The notes under the pieces were generated by a model, which was not told where the DNA came from, did not search any database, and saw nothing but the letters and a program-made list of their open reading frames with translations. Made by a program: the position numbers and the translations under genes. From Balanoglossus misakiensis (lineage: Eukaryota > Animalia > Hemichordata), in contig CM082593.2 in NCBI GenBank assembly GCA_040954595.2, positions 11,669,477-11,733,476 on the forward strand: a DNA stretch of 64,000 bases, given 5' to 3'. Shown here piece by piece: positions 10,965-23,928 of this stretch; within the stretch, counting starts at the first letter, position 1, and the number at the start of each line of letters is the position of its first letter.

Positions 10965-13900
10965 ACCAGTGTGCAACTATAGTGTCAGGGTTTTAGCCGA
11001 CTTATGCTGTAGGAAATCTGAGTTGATGAACGGGAATTCAATGTTAGAAAACCCGTGTGGAAAGTATCTCTACCCGTTTGAAACTAAGAAAAGAATTTAT
11101 TCTTATTTATTTTGTAAAAAAGACAATATTTCGAAAAAAAGTCGAAAATGGTAATTTTGTCTTGGGTGATTCAAATTATACCGCCTTTTCTGGAATTTGC
11201 AGCACTTTTTACAAGAGAACGACACTTCATGATCCATAATATTTCCGAAAATGAAGAAAAGAGTTAATTTTTCATGATTTTTTAAAAATTTACCATTTTT
11301 GTCAAAATATGGCCAAAATGGCTATTTTTTCTTGAATTCCGTCAATATCTCTGCATTTTTGGAGTGGTCGAAAGTTTTAACATACAATCAACATGTCATA
11401 TATGATCGGGGCACCAAATTCGAAAAAGAAAGGTTTTTTTATTTTTTTTTCTAAAGATGACATTTTCAAGAAAAATTTGTTAAAACGCAATTTTGTCTGC
11501 AGTGAGCCAAATTAGACGGTATTTTGTGGAATTTGTATCGATATATACATACGAAGAGCATTCTATACTCCATCAGATTTCCGAAAATGTAGAAAACAGG
11601 TATTTTTTGTAATTTTCAAAAATTTACCATTTTGACCAAATTATGGCTAAAATTGTTATTTTCGTGTTGAATGCCGCCAGTGTCACTGCTTTTAAAAGTC
11701 ATAAAAACTTTTAACATACAAGCAATTGTTTATATATGATGAGGTCACCGAATTAAAAAAATAAAGAATGTTTTGCCTAAAAATGACCTTTTAGGTGCAA
11801 AAACGAATAAAACGTAATTTTGTATTAGATCAGCTCATTCAGAGTGCATTTTTTATAATCAGCACCATTTTTACATATAATGGAAATTTCATACATCATC
11901 AGATATCCAAATATGAAAAAATGATTTAGATTTTAGATGATTGTCCAAAATTAGCTGATATCTAATAAATGTAGTATTGAACCGTTCTGTTCCCTCCCCC
12001 CCCCCCTACATTATATGCGGTACGCCGATGTCAGCTTACCCGGCAGTACTGCAGGCCGTGCCCCCAACTAACGTCGGTGTTTGAAACGCCGTGGTTAAAT
12101 TCGGGCGCTCTCTATAAATTGACAGGCAATAATGCAGTCCTACCCGAACAAATGTCGAGTGTTGACCCGCTGTGACTTTCCCTCTTCGGTTTGCCCGACT
12201 TAGCCAACGTCTTTGTACTAGAGTGTCGGGTCTTTTGCAGAGCCAGGCCGAAGGAAATCCGACTTGATCACCGTTGCTAACGAACGCTAGTGTCTGTCAT
12301 GGTGTGCCGGGGTTTTAGTCGAGCCAGGCCGTAGGAGATCTGACTTGATCATCGTGGTCAATGTACGCGTGTTTCCGCTCTAAAGTGCCGGGGCTTCAGC
12401 TAAACCAGGCCGTAGGAAATCCGACGTAATCACCGTTGATAACTTACGCCAGTCTGTGTCATATAGAGCCGGAGCACCAGCCGAGTCACGCCATAGGAAA
12501 TCTGACTTGATCAACGTGGTCAATGTACGCATGTTTCTGCTCTAGAGTGCCGGGGCTTCAGCTGAGCCAGGCCGTAGGAAACCCGACGTGATTACCGTTG
12601 TTAACTTACGCCAGTCTGTGTCCTATATATAGTGCCGGGGCATCAGCCGTGCCAGGCCGAAGGAAATGTGAGTAGATCAACGTGGTCTCTGTACGCGTGT
12701 TTCTGCTCTAGAGTGCCAGGGCTTTAGCCAAGCCATGCCGTAGGAAATCTGACTTGATCAACGTTGCTAACGAACGCTAGTGTCTGTCATAGTGTGCCGG
12801 GGTTTTAGTCGAGCCAAGCCGTAGGAGATTAGACTTGATCAACGTGGTCTCTGTACGCGTGTTTCTGCTCTAGAGTGCCGGGGCTTTATCCAAGCCATGT
12901 CGTAGAAAATCTGACTTGATCACCGTTGCTAACGTACGCTAGTGTCTGTCATATTGTGACGGAGATTTAGCCGAGCCAGGCCGTAGAAAAATCGACTTGT
13001 TCAACGTTACCAGTGTGCAACTGTTTCTGCTCTAGAGTGTCAGGGTTTTAGCCGACTTATGCTGTAGGAAATCTGAGTTGATGAACGGGAATTCAATGTT
13101 AGAAAACTCGTATCTGTACCCGTTTGAAACTAAGAAAAGAATTTATTCTTATTTATTTTGTAAAAAAGACAATTGTTCGAAAAAAAGTCGAAAAGGGTAA
13201 TTTTGTCTTGGGTGATTAAAATTATACTGCCTTTTCTGGAATTTCAGCACTTTTTACAAGAGAACGACACTTCATGCTCCATAATATTTCCGAAAATGAA
13301 GAAAAGAGTTTATTTTTTGATAATTTTTTAAAAATTTACCATTTTTGTCAAAATATGGCCAAAATGGCTATTTTTTCTTGAATTCCGTCAATATCTCTGC
13401 ATTTTTGGAGTGGTCGAAAGTTTTAACATACAATCAACATGTCATATATGATCAGGGCACCAAATTCGAAGAACAAAGGTGTTTTTTTTATTTTTTTTTC
13501 TTCTAAAAATGACATTTTCAAGGTAAATTTGGTAAAACCCAATTTTGTCTGCAGTGAGCCATATTAGACTGTCTTTTGTGGAATTTGTATCGATATATAC
13601 ATACGAAGAGCATTCTATACTCCATCAGATTTCCGAAAATGTAGAAAACAGGTATTTTTTGTAATTTTCAAAAATTTACCATTTTGACCAAATTGTGGCT
13701 AAAATTGTTATTTTCGTGTTGAATGCCGCCAGTGTCACTGCTTTTAAAAGTCATAACAACTTTTAACATACAAGCAATTGTTTATATATGATGAGGTCAC
13801 CGAATTAAAAAAAAAAGAATGTTTTGCCTAAAAATGACCTTTTTGGTGCAAAAACGAATAAAACGCAATTTTGTATTAAATCAGCTCATTCAGAGTGCAT

Positions 13901-16471
13901 TTTTTATAATCAGCACCACTTTTACATATGATGGAAATTTCATACATCATCAGATATCCAAATATGAAAAAATGATTTAGATTTTAGATGATTGTCCAAA
14001 ATTAGCTGATATCTAATAAATGTAGTATTGAACCGTTCTGTTCCCTCCCCCCCCCCCTACATTATATGCGGTACGCCGATGTCAGCTTACCCGGCAGTAC
14101 TGCAGGCCGTGCCCCCAACTAACGTCGGTGTTTGAAACGCCCTGGTAAAATTCGGGCTTTCTCTATAAATTGACAGGCAATAATGCAGTCCTACCCGAAC
14201 AAATGTCGAGTGTTGACCCGCTGTGACTTTCCCTCTTCGGTTTGCCCGATTAGGCAACGTCTTTGTACTAGAGTGTCGGGTCTTTTGCAGAGCCAGGCCG
14301 AAGGAAATCCGACTTGATCACCGTTGCTAACGAACGCTAGTGTCTGTCATGGTGTGCCGGGGTTTTAGTCGAGCCAGGCCGTAGGAGATCTGACTTGATC
14401 ATCGTGGTCAATGTACGCGTGTTTCCGCGCTAAAGTGCCGGGGCTTCAGCTAAACCAGGCCGTAGGAAATCCGACGTAATCACCGTTGAAAACTTACGCC
14501 AGTCTGTCTCATATAGAGCCGGTGCATCAGCCGAGTCACGCCGTAGGAAATCTGACTTGATCAACGTGGTCAATGTACGCCTGTTTCTGCTCTAGAGTGC
14601 CGGGGCTTCAGCTGAGCCAGGCCGTAGGAAACCCGACGTGATTACCGTTGTTAACTTACGCCAGTCTGTGTCCTATATATAGTGCCGGGGCATCAGCCGT
14701 GCCAGGCCGAAGGAAATGTGAGTAGATCAACGTGGTCTCTGTACGCGTGTTTCTGCTCTAGAGTGCCAGGGCTTTAGCCAAGCCATGCCGTAGGAAATCT
14801 GACTTGATCAACGTTGCTAACGAACGCTAGTGTCTGTCATAGTGTGCCGGGGTTTTAGTTGAGCCAAGCCGTAGGAGATCAGACTTGATCAACGTTGCTA
14901 ACGAACGCTAGTGTCTGTCATAGTGTGCCGGGGTTTTAGTCGAGCCAAGCCGTAGGAGATCAGACTTGATCAACGTGGTCTCTGTACGCGTGTTTCGGCT
15001 CTAGAGTGCCGGGGCTTTATCCAAGCCATGCCGTAGAAAATCTGACTTGATCACCGTTGCTAACGTACGCTAGTGTCTGTCATATTGTGACGGAGATTTA
15101 GCCGAGCCAGGCCATAGAAAAATCGACTTGTTCAACGTTACCAGTGTGCAACTGTTTCTGCTCTAGAGTGTCAGGGTTTTAGCCGACTTATGCTGTAGGA
15201 AATCTGAGTTGATGAACGGGAATTCAATGTTAGAAAACCCGTGTGGAAAGTATCTCTACCCGTTTGAAACTAAGAAAAGAATTTATTCTTATTTATTTTG
15301 TAAAAAAGACAATTTTTCGAAAAAAAAGTCGAAAATGGTAATTTTGTCTTGGGTGATTCAAATTATACCGCCTTTTCTGGAATTTGCAGCACTTTTTACA
15401 AGAGAACGACACTTCATGCTCCATAATATTTCCGAAAATGAAGAAAAGAGTTAATTTTTTATGATTTTTTAAAAATTTACCATTTGTGTCAAAATATGGC
15501 CAAAATGGCTATTTTTTCTTGAATTCCGTCAATATCTCTGCATTTTTGGAGTGGTCGAAAGTTTTAACATACAATCAACATGTCATATATGATCAGGGCA
15601 CCAAATTCGAAGAACAAAGGTTTTTTTTATTTTTCTTCTAAAAATGACATTTTCAAGAAAAATTTGGTAAAACGCAATTTTGTCTGAAGTGAGCCAAATT
15701 AGACGGTCTTTTGTGGAATTTGTATCGATATATATATACGAAGAGCATTCTATACTCCATCAGATTTCCGAAAATGTAGAAAACAGGTATTTTTTGTAAT
15801 TTTCAAAAATTTACCATTTTGACCAAATTGTGGCTAAAATTGTTATTTTCGTGTTAAATGCCGCCAGTGTCACTGCTTTTAAAAGTCATAAAAACTTTTA
15901 ACATACAAGCAATTGTTTATATATGATCAGGTCACCGAATTAAAAAAATAAAGAATGTTTTGCCTAAAAATGACCTTTTTGGTGCAAAAAAGATTAAAAC
16001 GCAATTTTGTATTAAATCAGAATGCATTTTTTATAATCAGCACCATTTTTACATATAATGGAAATGTCATACATCATCAGATATCCAAATATGAAAACAT
16101 GATTTAGATTTTAGATGATTGTCCAAAATTAGCTGATATCTAATAAATGTAGTATTGAACCGTTCTGTTCCCCCCCCCCCCCTACATTATATGCGGTACG
16201 CCGATGTCAGCTTACCCGGCAGTACTGCAGGCCGTGCCCCCAACTAACGTCGGTGTTTGAAACGCCCTGGTTAAATTTGGGCTTTCTCTAGAAATTGACA
16301 GGCAATAATGCAGTCCTACCCGAACAAATGTCAAGTGTTGAACCGCTGTGACTTTCCCTCTTCTGTTTGCCGGACTTAGCCAACGTCTTTAGCTTCAGCT
16401 AAACCAGGCCGTAGGAAATCCGACGTAATCACCGTTGACAACTTACGCCAGTCTGTGTCATATAGAGCCGG

Positions 16472-17129
16472 TGTAAGTGCAGTCCTCCCTGATTGGATGG
16501 CTGTGTGTGCAGGTGCACATGCACATAGTGGTTATCCAATATGCAAATTTCCTTTTCACTATAAATTGGCACCTCGCCAGTGTGCAAGTTTTCATTTCAT
16601 CGTCAGGCCTTCTAGGCTACATGTTTGTGAGCACTGCACTGCATGCTTTTTGAACCCCTAAAAGCGTCACCATCTGCGGTAAGACTTTCCTGTTTTATTT
16701 AGCGATACAGAGCGGTCTTTCAACAGAAGCAGCGGCTATCCAGGACGCAGACTACTTCATTTATAAACCATTAATTTTGAGCGATTGAGTAGAATTGATT
16801 TGAATTTACTTACCTGTAAACGCTGTATTTTTGGAATTTGCTTTGTAATTGAGTTTGAACTTCTGTATCGGCATTTTACATTTACCTTTGAATACTTACT
16901 TGAATTTATTTCGTCTATGTATTTGTTTATACAGAACCGTGTTGTACCCGTGTTATACCAGTGTTATACCAGTATTAGAACCGTGTTATTACGTCGTGCA
17001 CGGTCTATTTTGTATGCACCGAACAGTTTGCTCCTCGTAGACAGTAAAATAAAAGGAGAATTTTTATACAACACGAGTGTCCAGAGTGTGTACTCCAGGG
17101 GCCCATGCAAGTAGGAATTGGATCCTACA
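16472..17129 (+). repeat. Putative 5' LTR of BEL-2 (~658 bp)
   Basis: TGTAAG...CCTACA imperfect terminal inverted repeat; TATAAA at 16560; AATAAA at ~17048. The right boundary is inferred because no second LTR is available. Confidence 0.65.
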
Positions 17130-17195
17130 TAGTTCTCAGATGACGTTGGACTGAAACCTGGTGTAACCGTGTACTAGCAGATACATTAGAAAGTC

Positions 17196-20100
17196 ATGGC
17201 AACTGGAAACGACGAGGTGTTCCACGTTCCAGCAGCACCAGGCCCTGTCTCCGTCAAGAGTAGCAGTTCATCAAAAACAGCTAGCTCAACAAGAGAAGAA
17301 AAAGCCGGTAAGCCGATTGATTTAGTTCTCAAATTAAGGAGATCAATTATCGCTTACCGCGGCCATATGACACGTATTTACATGGATGTAGAGACCATGT
17401 TAATGTCGTCGCCTGACTACCAAGCAGTTACCAAAAAGAAAGAAGACTTGGATAGGATTTTTACTTCATATACAAATACTTGTTATGAATATCAGAAACA
17501 TCTTTCAAGGTCCGAACAAGAAAGTGTACGACTTGAACACGAATCTGAAGTTAACAGAAAAGAGTGTCTGGAACAACGCCTGAAGAACTGGATTTCGTCT
17601 CATCGAATCACGATAACAACTCCGTCACGTGGGTTGGAGCCAGAAGTGCCACCAGCTTCACAAGAGGATGATGTCAACGGTTCAGCGGCTTCCAAAAATT
17701 CACGTCACTCTACCAAGGACCAGGTAAAATCTGTAAAAAAGAAATCACATAGTCAAACGTCTTATGGAAATGGTAACCGGCAGACAAGTAATATATGTTC
17801 TTTATCGAGTTCAAAGGCAAGTCGAGCTTCAAGAATTGCAAGAAGGAAGATATTGGAAACCCAGCTTGAACTTGAAAAGATACAGCAAGAAGAAGAAGCC
17901 AAAGCCAAGCTTCGTGATCTGCGACTTCGAGAAGAAGAAATAAAGATGCAGTCAACATTGAAGATTCTAGACGTTCAACAGAAGTTAAAACAGGCTGAAA
18001 TGGAGGCTGAATTAGCAGAAGAGGGAACTTCGTTTCATTCCAAAGAATATTTTGTTGATACAAGTGAAGCAAGGATGACCAGTCCAAGTGAGAAGATTGA
18101 CAGGTATTTCCAGTCTTTTCAAGATTATCACCCCCATGTATTGTCGAGTGGTCCCCCAGTAGAAGTTTCCCGGTTCAACACAACAACAACTTTGCTTAAA
18201 GACAGACCGCTGTCCGAAAATGTGAAACAGTTGGAGGGCAATGTGGCAGCATTAAATCCGAATGCACCAGAATTGCAGCCCGTGGACCACAATATTGGGG
18301 AACAACTTTATAGAAATGAACCAAGTCCATTGCGGGATGGGCAACACGAAATCCTACAGAGTATGATAAGACAACAGAGTGAAGCCACGCAAGCACTTGT
18401 AACTAGTTTGAATTTGCCGAAGCGGGAATTCCTATCGTTTAATGGTGACCCAGTAGTGTACCCCACGTTCATCAGAAATTTTGAGATAAACATTGTAAAC
18501 GGAACAACCGATGATGGCACTAGATTGGCTTATCTCATCCAATACTGCACTGGACCAGCCAAAGAAGCAATCAAGAACTGAGTGATTCTACCTCCAGAAC
18601 AAGGTTACACTGAAGCAAGGAAAATATTATACCAGAATTTCGGCCAGAAACACACGATCGTCCATGCCACCATAGACAAAGTCGTCAAGGGACCACAGAT
18701 CAAGGCCACGGACACATCAAAGTTGCTACAGTTGGCACGTGACATGAATAATTGTCATATGTGTTCCAGCCAAATGAAATACACCGCTGATCTGAACTCC
18801 ATGGATACATTGGAGAAGATAGTGAGACGCCTACCTACATTTCTACAAGCAGATTGGGCAAAAGAAGCTGGAAGAATGATTTACTCCGGTATTGAACCAG
18901 AATTCATCCATCTGACAGCGTTTTTGGAGAAGCGAGCAGCCTTGGCCAATACAAGATTCGGGATGTTGGTTGGATCAAAACCAGAACCAGAGAGAGACGT
19001 ATAGTCCAGGGTCAAACAATTCACCAAGGCTACTACTTTGACCACTCAAGTGGGTCATGAAATGTACGGCAAGACGCAAGACAAACCCTACTGCCAATCC
19101 AAGAGAGAAATTAGATGTCTTTTCTGCCAAGGACAACACCAACTGCAGAGATGCCGGAAGTTTGCCAGGAAGTCGTTCATGGAGAAGAAAACGTTTGTGC
19201 GAAAACAGAACCTCTGTGATTGTTGTCTGGAAGCAACCCCTTGACACTTCGCTAAAAACTGCAAAAGTGGATTGTTTTGTCCAGTAACTGACTGTGGAAG
19301 ACTTCACCACCCATTACTACACCCAGTATCGTCACATCCTAGCCAGTCGTCAAATGAAGTGTATCCCAGTGGAAGTGGTAGACCAGCTCCACCCACAACA
19401 CGTCTTGGGAAGAATAAAGACGAGAAAAGTGACGGGAATTCTGAAGTAACCAATGGGGCCGGTAACACCGTTCATTGTAAAGCAACCAGGACAAACAAGC
19501 CACGTATCAGCCTACAAGTTGTACCAGTCCGAGTAAGTGGAGTGGAGGGAGGAGCAGAGATTGAAACTTATGCATTCCTGGACAATGGTTCAGACACAAC
19601 AATATGTCTCTCATCTCTAGCAGACAGACTTGGTTTGGGTGGACAACCCATTACATATACACTTTCCACACTTGATGCTGAAACGAAGAAGTATGGACGT
19701 GAAGTTAAATTAGATGTACGAGGTCTACATAGAAATCAAAGTGTTCATCTTGATAAGGTATGGACGACGGACAAACTTCCCATAACGGCAAACAGTATAC
19801 CAACAGCAGAGGATACGAAGGAATGGTCTCATCTGAAGGATGTTGAATTACCAGAATTGCAGAACAAGGAAGTCACAATCCTGATCGGTAACGACATTCC
19901 AGAAGCACACTGGGTCCTGGAGGAAAGACGTGCCGGGAGAAAACAACCATACGCAATCCGAACATTACTTGGATGGACGTTGATTGGGCCGATGAAAGGA
20001 AAGAAAGAAACCAACTCATCAATCAACTTTATCAATATGGACCAGATCATCGACAGTGATACTTCTATCAAAGGTATGGAGTCCATTTCATCACAATTGG

Positions 20101-23100
20101 AAAGGATGTACAATGCCGACTTCAACGAAAATCTAGTGGATACTAAAGAATGCATGTCATCAACCTACTCAAAAGACGTCTACTTAAAGATCCAGATCTC
20201 CATGAAAAGTACAGTACAACTATACAAGACTATATTGTACAAGGTCATGCAAAAGAAGTATCTGATGAAAACAAAGAAGACGATAGACGGTTATGGTACC
20301 TACCTCATCATCCGGTGACGCATCCCATGAAACCAGAAAAGGTGAGAGTCGTCTTCGATTGTGCTGCCAAATGTGGAGGAACTTCACTGAACGATCAACT
20401 CCTGCAGGGTCCGGATTTGACCAATTCCTTGGTTGGAGTCTTGCTACGGTTCCGTCAGTATCCTGTTGCAGTGGTTGCTGATATCAAGCAAATGTTTCAC
20501 CAAGTTCATGTCGACCCCGAAGATTGTGATGTCCTGCGATTCCTATGGTGGCCTAACGGTGACCTCACGAAGGAGCCCGTCGATCATCAAATGCTTGTTC
20601 ATTTGTTTGGCGCGACATCATCACCTAGTTGTTCAGCATACGCCCTCCGGAGAACAGCTGATGACAATAGAAGTAACTTCGACTCGGACATCATAGATGC
20701 TGTCTACAGAAATTTCTACGTGGATGATTTCTTAAAATCAGTACTTGCCGTGGACACAGCCAAGAGACTCATCACTGAAGTTTCAGCCCTTTTGTCTAAT
20801 GGTGGATTTCATCTGACCAAATGGATTTCTAATTGCACAGAAGTATTGTCCTCCATCCCGTCAGAAGAAAGGGCGCCATATGTGATGAATTTAGACCTGG
20901 AAGACTTACCAGTTGACAGAGCTCTTGGTGTACAATGGGACATTCAAGAAGATACTATGAGCTTCAGAGTTGGCAAGGAAAGTAAAAGTGAAACTCGAAG
21001 AGGGATTCTCTCAGTTGTAGTATCTGTGTACGACCCACTAGGATTTGTTGCACCATTTGTATTGCCGGCTAAGCGCATATTACAAGAATTATGCAAAGAA
21101 GGATGTGGATGGGATGAAGCCATACCAGTGAAATATCTAGTTGTTTGGCGTGAATGGTTACAGAAGTTACCGATGTTAAAAGCCATGGTAATTCCACGGT
21201 GTTACACACCTCCAGGTTTTGGCCAGCCACAATCTATAGAAATTCATCATTTCTGCGATGCTTCAACGGAAGGATATGGGGTTGTTTCCTACCTACGGTT
21301 TATTGACAAAGGTGGTAATTTTCACTGCAGCCTCGTGACTGGCAAATCTAGAGTTGCTCCACTGAAGACCATTACAGTACCAAGATTGGAATTGACAGCA
21401 GCAACAGTGGCCGTTAAAGTCAGCAAACAGATAAAAGAAGAACTTCAATTTCCTATCCATCGAGAGCGATTCTGGACAGACTCTACCATTGTTATACAAT
21501 ATATCTGCAGCTCAACAAGACGCTTCAAGACCTTTGTAGCCAACCGCCTACAACTAATACACGATGCAACACTACCGTCACAATGGCATCATGTTCCTTC
21601 ACAACTCAATCCAGCTGATTGTGCCTCCCGAGGTATTACCTTGAATGCCGCCAAAGCGAAGTCCAAACTGTGGTTCGAAGGTCCAGAATTTCTCTGGAAA
21701 TCTGAAGGAAACTGGCCAACCCAACCTACCGACTTACCAAGAATATCGGATGAGGACAACGAATTGAAAATGGCAAAGGTATGCGCAGTGGTAAACAGCA
21801 ACCAGACGGATGACACTGATATCATCCATTCGTTAATTCACAGATTTCGTCATGGTACAAACTTTGCAAATCTGTCGCTTGGATTTTACGATACAAGAAG
21901 TATCTCCGAGCTCGCATTGAGAATGGCGGAAATGGTAAAGTTCCGGTTGGTGCTCTAACGGTGTCAGAAGTGTCCGATGCTACCTTAGAAGTCATTAGAG
22001 TCGTTCAACGGAAAGCGTTTCCTAAGGAAATATCAACACAGTTGAAGAATCCAAGCAGAAAACCAGATTCTGAAGGATATACCAGTCCACTTTGCAGACT
22101 CAGTCCAATCTACAAAGATGGCATTATACACGTTGGTGGAAGACTAAACAACTCCCCCATAGATGAAACCACAAAACATCCTATTATTCTACCCCATAAT
22201 CATCAAGTGACCGAATTAATTGTTCAGTTTTTCCATGAGCAGGAAGGTCACGTAGGAACCACCCATGTGTTATCCAGAATCCGAAAAGAATATTGGATTT
22301 TGAGAGGCCAAGCTACTGTCAGAAGAATTCTGCGGAAATGTGTAGTGTGCAGGAGATGGAATGCAAGACCTGGAACGCAAATAAAAGAGAGGTTTAGTTA
22401 CACGTAAATACGTTCGATCAGTACGCGTAGCGTCATTGTCACGTGACAAGCAGAGGTCGCGTACGCGTAGAACAGACGTTCGGAACGGCAAGCGACGCTT
22501 CTACGCGTAATCATGATTACGTGTAACATTTTTTCGGAATTTCTCGATATTCTCTCTTTAATTTGAGCGATTGATCTCTGCAGTGCAATTGTGATGTAGC
22601 CAGCATCCATGTTATCTAAAAAAATCTGCCATATGTGCTAAAACCGGCGCTATTTGTTGTTTTCAAAACATAAACACAAAAATGTATTACCAAACTACGT
22701 TTTCAGTGGACGCCTCGACAAAGACATCGAAAAACTTCACTAAACTATCTTTCCACTGCAGTCAAGAAACTTATTGCAAGGGTGGTGATCTTAGAGAATA
22801 TTCATCACACACAAAATTTATTGAAGTGAAAAATATTTGAGTTTTCTATTGTTTTTAACTGTTGTTGTTATTCAAAACGGACAACTAAACCGCAAAATTC
22901 ACGCGTCGCTACGCATACGCGAACGCCACTGCCTGCCGTCAGACGTACGCGTATTTACGTGTAACTAAACCTCTCTAATGGCGCCACTTCCAACCCCAAG
23001 AGTTACTCCAGGTGAGAGTGCATTTGCTGCAGTGGGAATCGACTTCTTTGGTCCTCTGAAAGTCAAGTGGAGAAGAGGAACGTCCAAACGATACGGATGT

Positions 23101-23928
23101 ATATTCACCTGTCTCGCCATACGAGCTGTGCATATTGAAGTCACCCACAGTTTATCCACAGATTCATTTATTCAGGCAGTATGGAGATTTGTCAGCAGAC
23201 GTGGTCCACCAAAAACGGTATACAGTGACAACGGAACAAATTTCCGGGGAGCGGAAACTGAAATCAAAGAAGCTCTAGCGAGTTGGAATCAAGAGAAGAT
23301 AACTGATAGTCTACGCAAGAGGGATATCCAATGGTATTTCAATGCACCCGCAGCCAGTCATACTGGAGGAGTTTGGGAAAGGATGATACGTTCAGTGCGG
23401 AAAATCCTACGAGCACTCGTTGGAAACCAACTAATTGACGACGAAACTTTACTTACTGTCTTGGCGGAGGTGGAGAAGATTATCAATGATCGACCTTTCA
23501 CCCGTCAATCAGATGACCCGAATGACCTTGAAGCACTGACGCCTAATAGCCTGTTACTACTGAGGCCGAATCCATGCACATCTCCTGCAGACACTGTCAC
23601 GACCAGTACAGCTAATCACAGAAGGAACCAAGCTAATCTCATAGCGAACTCGTTTTGGAAACGATGGCTACACGAATACCTGCCTTCCCTTCAGCAGAGA
23701 CAGAAGTGGTTGAAGCCCAAGAGAAATCTGACTGTTGGAGATTTGGTTATCGTGGTAGAGGAAAATATCCCAAGAGGACAGTGGTCAAAAGGACTAGTTC
23801 AGCAAACTTACCCAGATCAGTACGGCAATGTGCGCCAGGTCCTAGTGAAGACTGAAACAGGAAGATTGCGTAGAGATGTTCGCAAACTGTGCTTGCTTGA
23901 GGAAAGTAGTACACGTATTACACCATAA
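17196..23928 (+). pseudogene. BEL-2 gag-pol (gag, zinc knuckles, protease, RT, RNase H, integrase), disrupted
   Basis: FNGDPVVY; knuckle CLFCQGQHQLQRC; protease YAFLDNGSD; RT YLPHHPV...[20 protein letters not shown] and NFYVDD; RNase H FCDAS and VPRLELTAA; integrase HEQEGH...CVVC, GIDFFGP, SDNGTNF, GGVWERMI. Stops at 18579, 19002 and 19242; deletion/frameshift at ~20160; frameshift at ~21845; MITE at 22386. Confidence 0.95.
22386..22976. mobile_element. MITE (PIF/Harbinger-like) inserted in BEL-2 integrase
   Basis: 27-bp perfect TIR AGAGAGGTTTAGTTACACGTAAATACG; flanks AAA/AAT fit a 3-bp TSD with one change; removal rejoins ...ARPGTQI-MAPLPTPRV. Confidence 0.88.

Noticed and set aside
12230-13085. 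81-bp monomers as a CRISPR array or a 27-aa coding repeat
   Set aside because: The intervening sequences are homologous to each other rather than unique spacers, there are no cas genes, the context is eukaryotic, and stops occur in all six frames of the monomers I translated.
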